This document shows, piece by piece, positions 62,231 through 64,000 of a DNA stretch of 64,000 bases. The notes under the pieces were generated by a model. That model had not been told where the DNA came from. It did not search any database and saw only the letters and a program-made list of their open reading frames with translations. The first letter of the stretch is position 1. Each line of letters opens with the position of its first letter. Source of the stretch: Octopus vulgaris (lineage: Eukaryota); contig OX597843.1 in the NCBI GenBank assembly GCA_951406725.2, forward strand, positions 14,942,001 through 15,006,000, given 5' to 3'. Position numbers and translations under genes: made by a program.

Positions 62231-62940
62231 CCAAAGAACATTTTGTCTGGGGCCTATGGATAATTACCAAAAGTCCCTGGCCTGGCAATGTTACAGAGGA
62301 GCTTTACCGGTTCGAGATAAGCTCTTTAGACATGGGAATGCATCTTCACCGGTTTGTGCAAGATGTGAGAGGGACAGTGAAACTGTCTTGCACACGATTG
62401 TGCAATACCCCAAGGTGACTGAACTCTGGGCTTATGTCGAGCACCTGCTGTCGCATTCAAGAAGAGTAGAACCTTGAATAGGGAGGAGCGAGCCTGTTTT
62501 CTCTCGGTAGTTGCTATGGCGAAAGAAGTAGTGTGGAAGACGAGAGTGAAAGGAATTGCAACAGGCATGTTCATCTCCAGTCTCGAGCTAATCGACTTTT
62601 TCGTTTTTCTCATGAAATGGAAAATAAGGCTGGAGAAGAAATGCCTGTCGCAAAGTGTGTTTCGTAAAAGATGGAAGTCTATAGCAAGTATGTTGCGAGT
62701 GAAAGAACCTGTTTAAACGAGAATATATAAAAAGGAGAAAGCAAAGTCTTCAGTGTGAGTCTGTGGTTTGTGGGGTCAACCGCGTCCTCCGCTTCATTTT
62801 TTTGTTAATCACTCATTCTCATTTAATTGTATATATTTTAATTGTTTGTTTATTCATACGTTTCGTCTCATTCGATACCCTGACCCCAACGTTTGTTTTG
62901 TCCCCTCTTTTACTCAACCTTATGGTGAATAAAGAAATAC
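62231..62940 (+). mobile_element. 5'-truncated L1/Tx1-type LINE (zf-RVT C-terminus plus 3' UTR) embedded in (TC)n
   Basis: SLAWQCYRGALPVRDKL...CARCERDSETVLH...W, then AMAKEVVWKTR...RKRW. 3' end AATAAAGAAATAC(TC)n; (TC)n on both sides. Confidence 0.8.
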
Positions 62941-63047
62941 TCTCTCTCTCTCATTCTTTGCTTCTCTCTCTCTCTCTGCTTCTCTCTTTCTCTCTCTGCT
63001 TTTCTCTTTCTCTCTCTCTCTCTCCCTCTCTCTCTCTCTCTCTGCTT

Positions 63048-63083
<36 letters not shown>

Positions 63084-63303
63084 CTCCCTCTCTCTCTCTC
63101 TCTCTGCTTCTCTCTCCCTCTCACTCATTCTCTGTTTTTCCTCTGTTGAGACAGTGCAACCTAGCGACAACTTGTCCTTTCAACTCTTGACCGACCTCCC
63201 GTCGGGAATTCCCATTTATGTCACACACACGATCCTTCGCATCCGTCCCATCTCCTCTCTCTCTCTCATCTCATTCTCAGATTTTTTCCTCTTCTCGTTG
63301 CAG

Positions 63304-63777
63304 ACAACGCAACCGAGCGACAACGCAGAGCTGTTTGTCAAGGTTTGCAAATTGATGGTTGAAACATGTCTCCCCAGCGGCGAACCTGACCTCTTCAACT
63401 CCTCCTCCCACTACTACAACAACAACAACAACAACAACAACATTACCAACCTCAACAACAATATTAACAACAACAACAACTACAACAACACCACCAGCAG
63501 CAGCAGCAGCAGCAACAACGGCAGCAGCCTTGCCATCGTGTCCAACCTGAATTTGTCAAGCTCCATGTCCAACCTGAGTGTGGGAAGTTTACACTCACCG
63601 ACGGAGAAGGACTCAACGCTTGACGGTTTTGTTTTCTCTGGTTCGTGCTCTCTCAACAATGGCAGCCGTATGCGTCATGTGTCAGCAAACAACGTCTCCA
63701 GTAAGGTGACCCGGTCGGGTAGTTTGAAACGGATGGATAGTGTTGGGAAGAGGCACGCTTCGTTCCAACACGATTAA
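63304..63777 (+). CDS. NF1: Neurofibromin terminal coding exon (stop TAA 63775-63777)
   Basis: cttctcgttgcag|ACA. TTQPSDNAELFVK..MVETCLP, LAIVSNLNLSSSMSNL, HSP, RMRHVSA and RSGSLKR align to NF1 QTQIPDYAELIVK..LIDTYLP, LSITANLNLSNSMTSL, HSP, RTRHGSA and RSAGSFKR. Confidence 0.94.
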   Translation, partial: TTQPSDNAELFVKVCKLMVETCLPSGEPDLFNSSSHYYNNNNNNNNITNLNNNINNNNNYNNTTSSSSSSNNGSSLAIVSNLNLSSSMSNLSVGSLHSPTEKDSTLDGFVFSGSCSLNNGSRMRHVSANNVSSKVTRSGSLKRMDSVGKRHASFQHD

Positions 63778-64000
63778 ATGGAAAAAAAACTGAAATGAGA
63801 AAAAAAAAAAAAAATTTTTTTTTTCTGTTGGGGGGAAAAAAAGAAAAGAAAAAGTTTGAAAGTAAAACAGTAAAAAAAAACTCTATGAAATAGAAAAAAA
63901 AGAAAATGAAATGATATTTTCAACAGAATTACAAAAAAAAAATTTAATTTTACAAAAATAAACAATAAAAATGAGAACAACAGCAACAACAAAAATTATA

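Noticed and set aside
63964-63969. AATAAA as the NF1 poly(A) signal
   Set aside because: It sits in very A-rich sequence at the window edge and downstream elements cannot be seen.

Overview
AT-rich, repeat-dense eukaryotic genomic DNA. The SINE families and microsatellites look like an octopus (coleoid cephalopod) genome; this is inferred, not proven. The only host gene is the 3' part of neurofibromin (NF1) on the + strand: six exons (1045-1343, 20155-20391, 22290-22390, 25143-25282, 30438-30484, 63304-63777) that splice in frame through canonical GT-AG sites to the stop at 63775-63777. The introns hold tRNA-derived SINEs, LINE fragments (RTE, CR1-like, HERO-like, Tx1-like), five non-autonomous Helitrons, hAT and piggyBac MITEs, a decayed mariner, a solo LTR, and mini- and microsatellites. 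The most unusual signal is a set of fold-back (inverted-repeat) elements, probably Penelope-like pLTR remnants, carrying at least 11 recognisable minimal type I hammerhead ribozyme (HHR) folds from 5 sequence families. They include a ~950-bp near-perfect palindrome whose arms each carry two different HHRs in opposite polarity, ending 98 nt before an NF1 exon; a family with a compensatory G3-C8 core swap; and a tandem pair with predicted cut sites 267 nt apart. Also notable are a triplicated splice acceptor/exon start at the NF1 last exon (one copy reads in frame into a LINE zinc-finger domain), an intronic AP-1 motif cluster and a candidate 39-nt micro-exon. All folds and alignments were done by eye and no activity is demonstrated.
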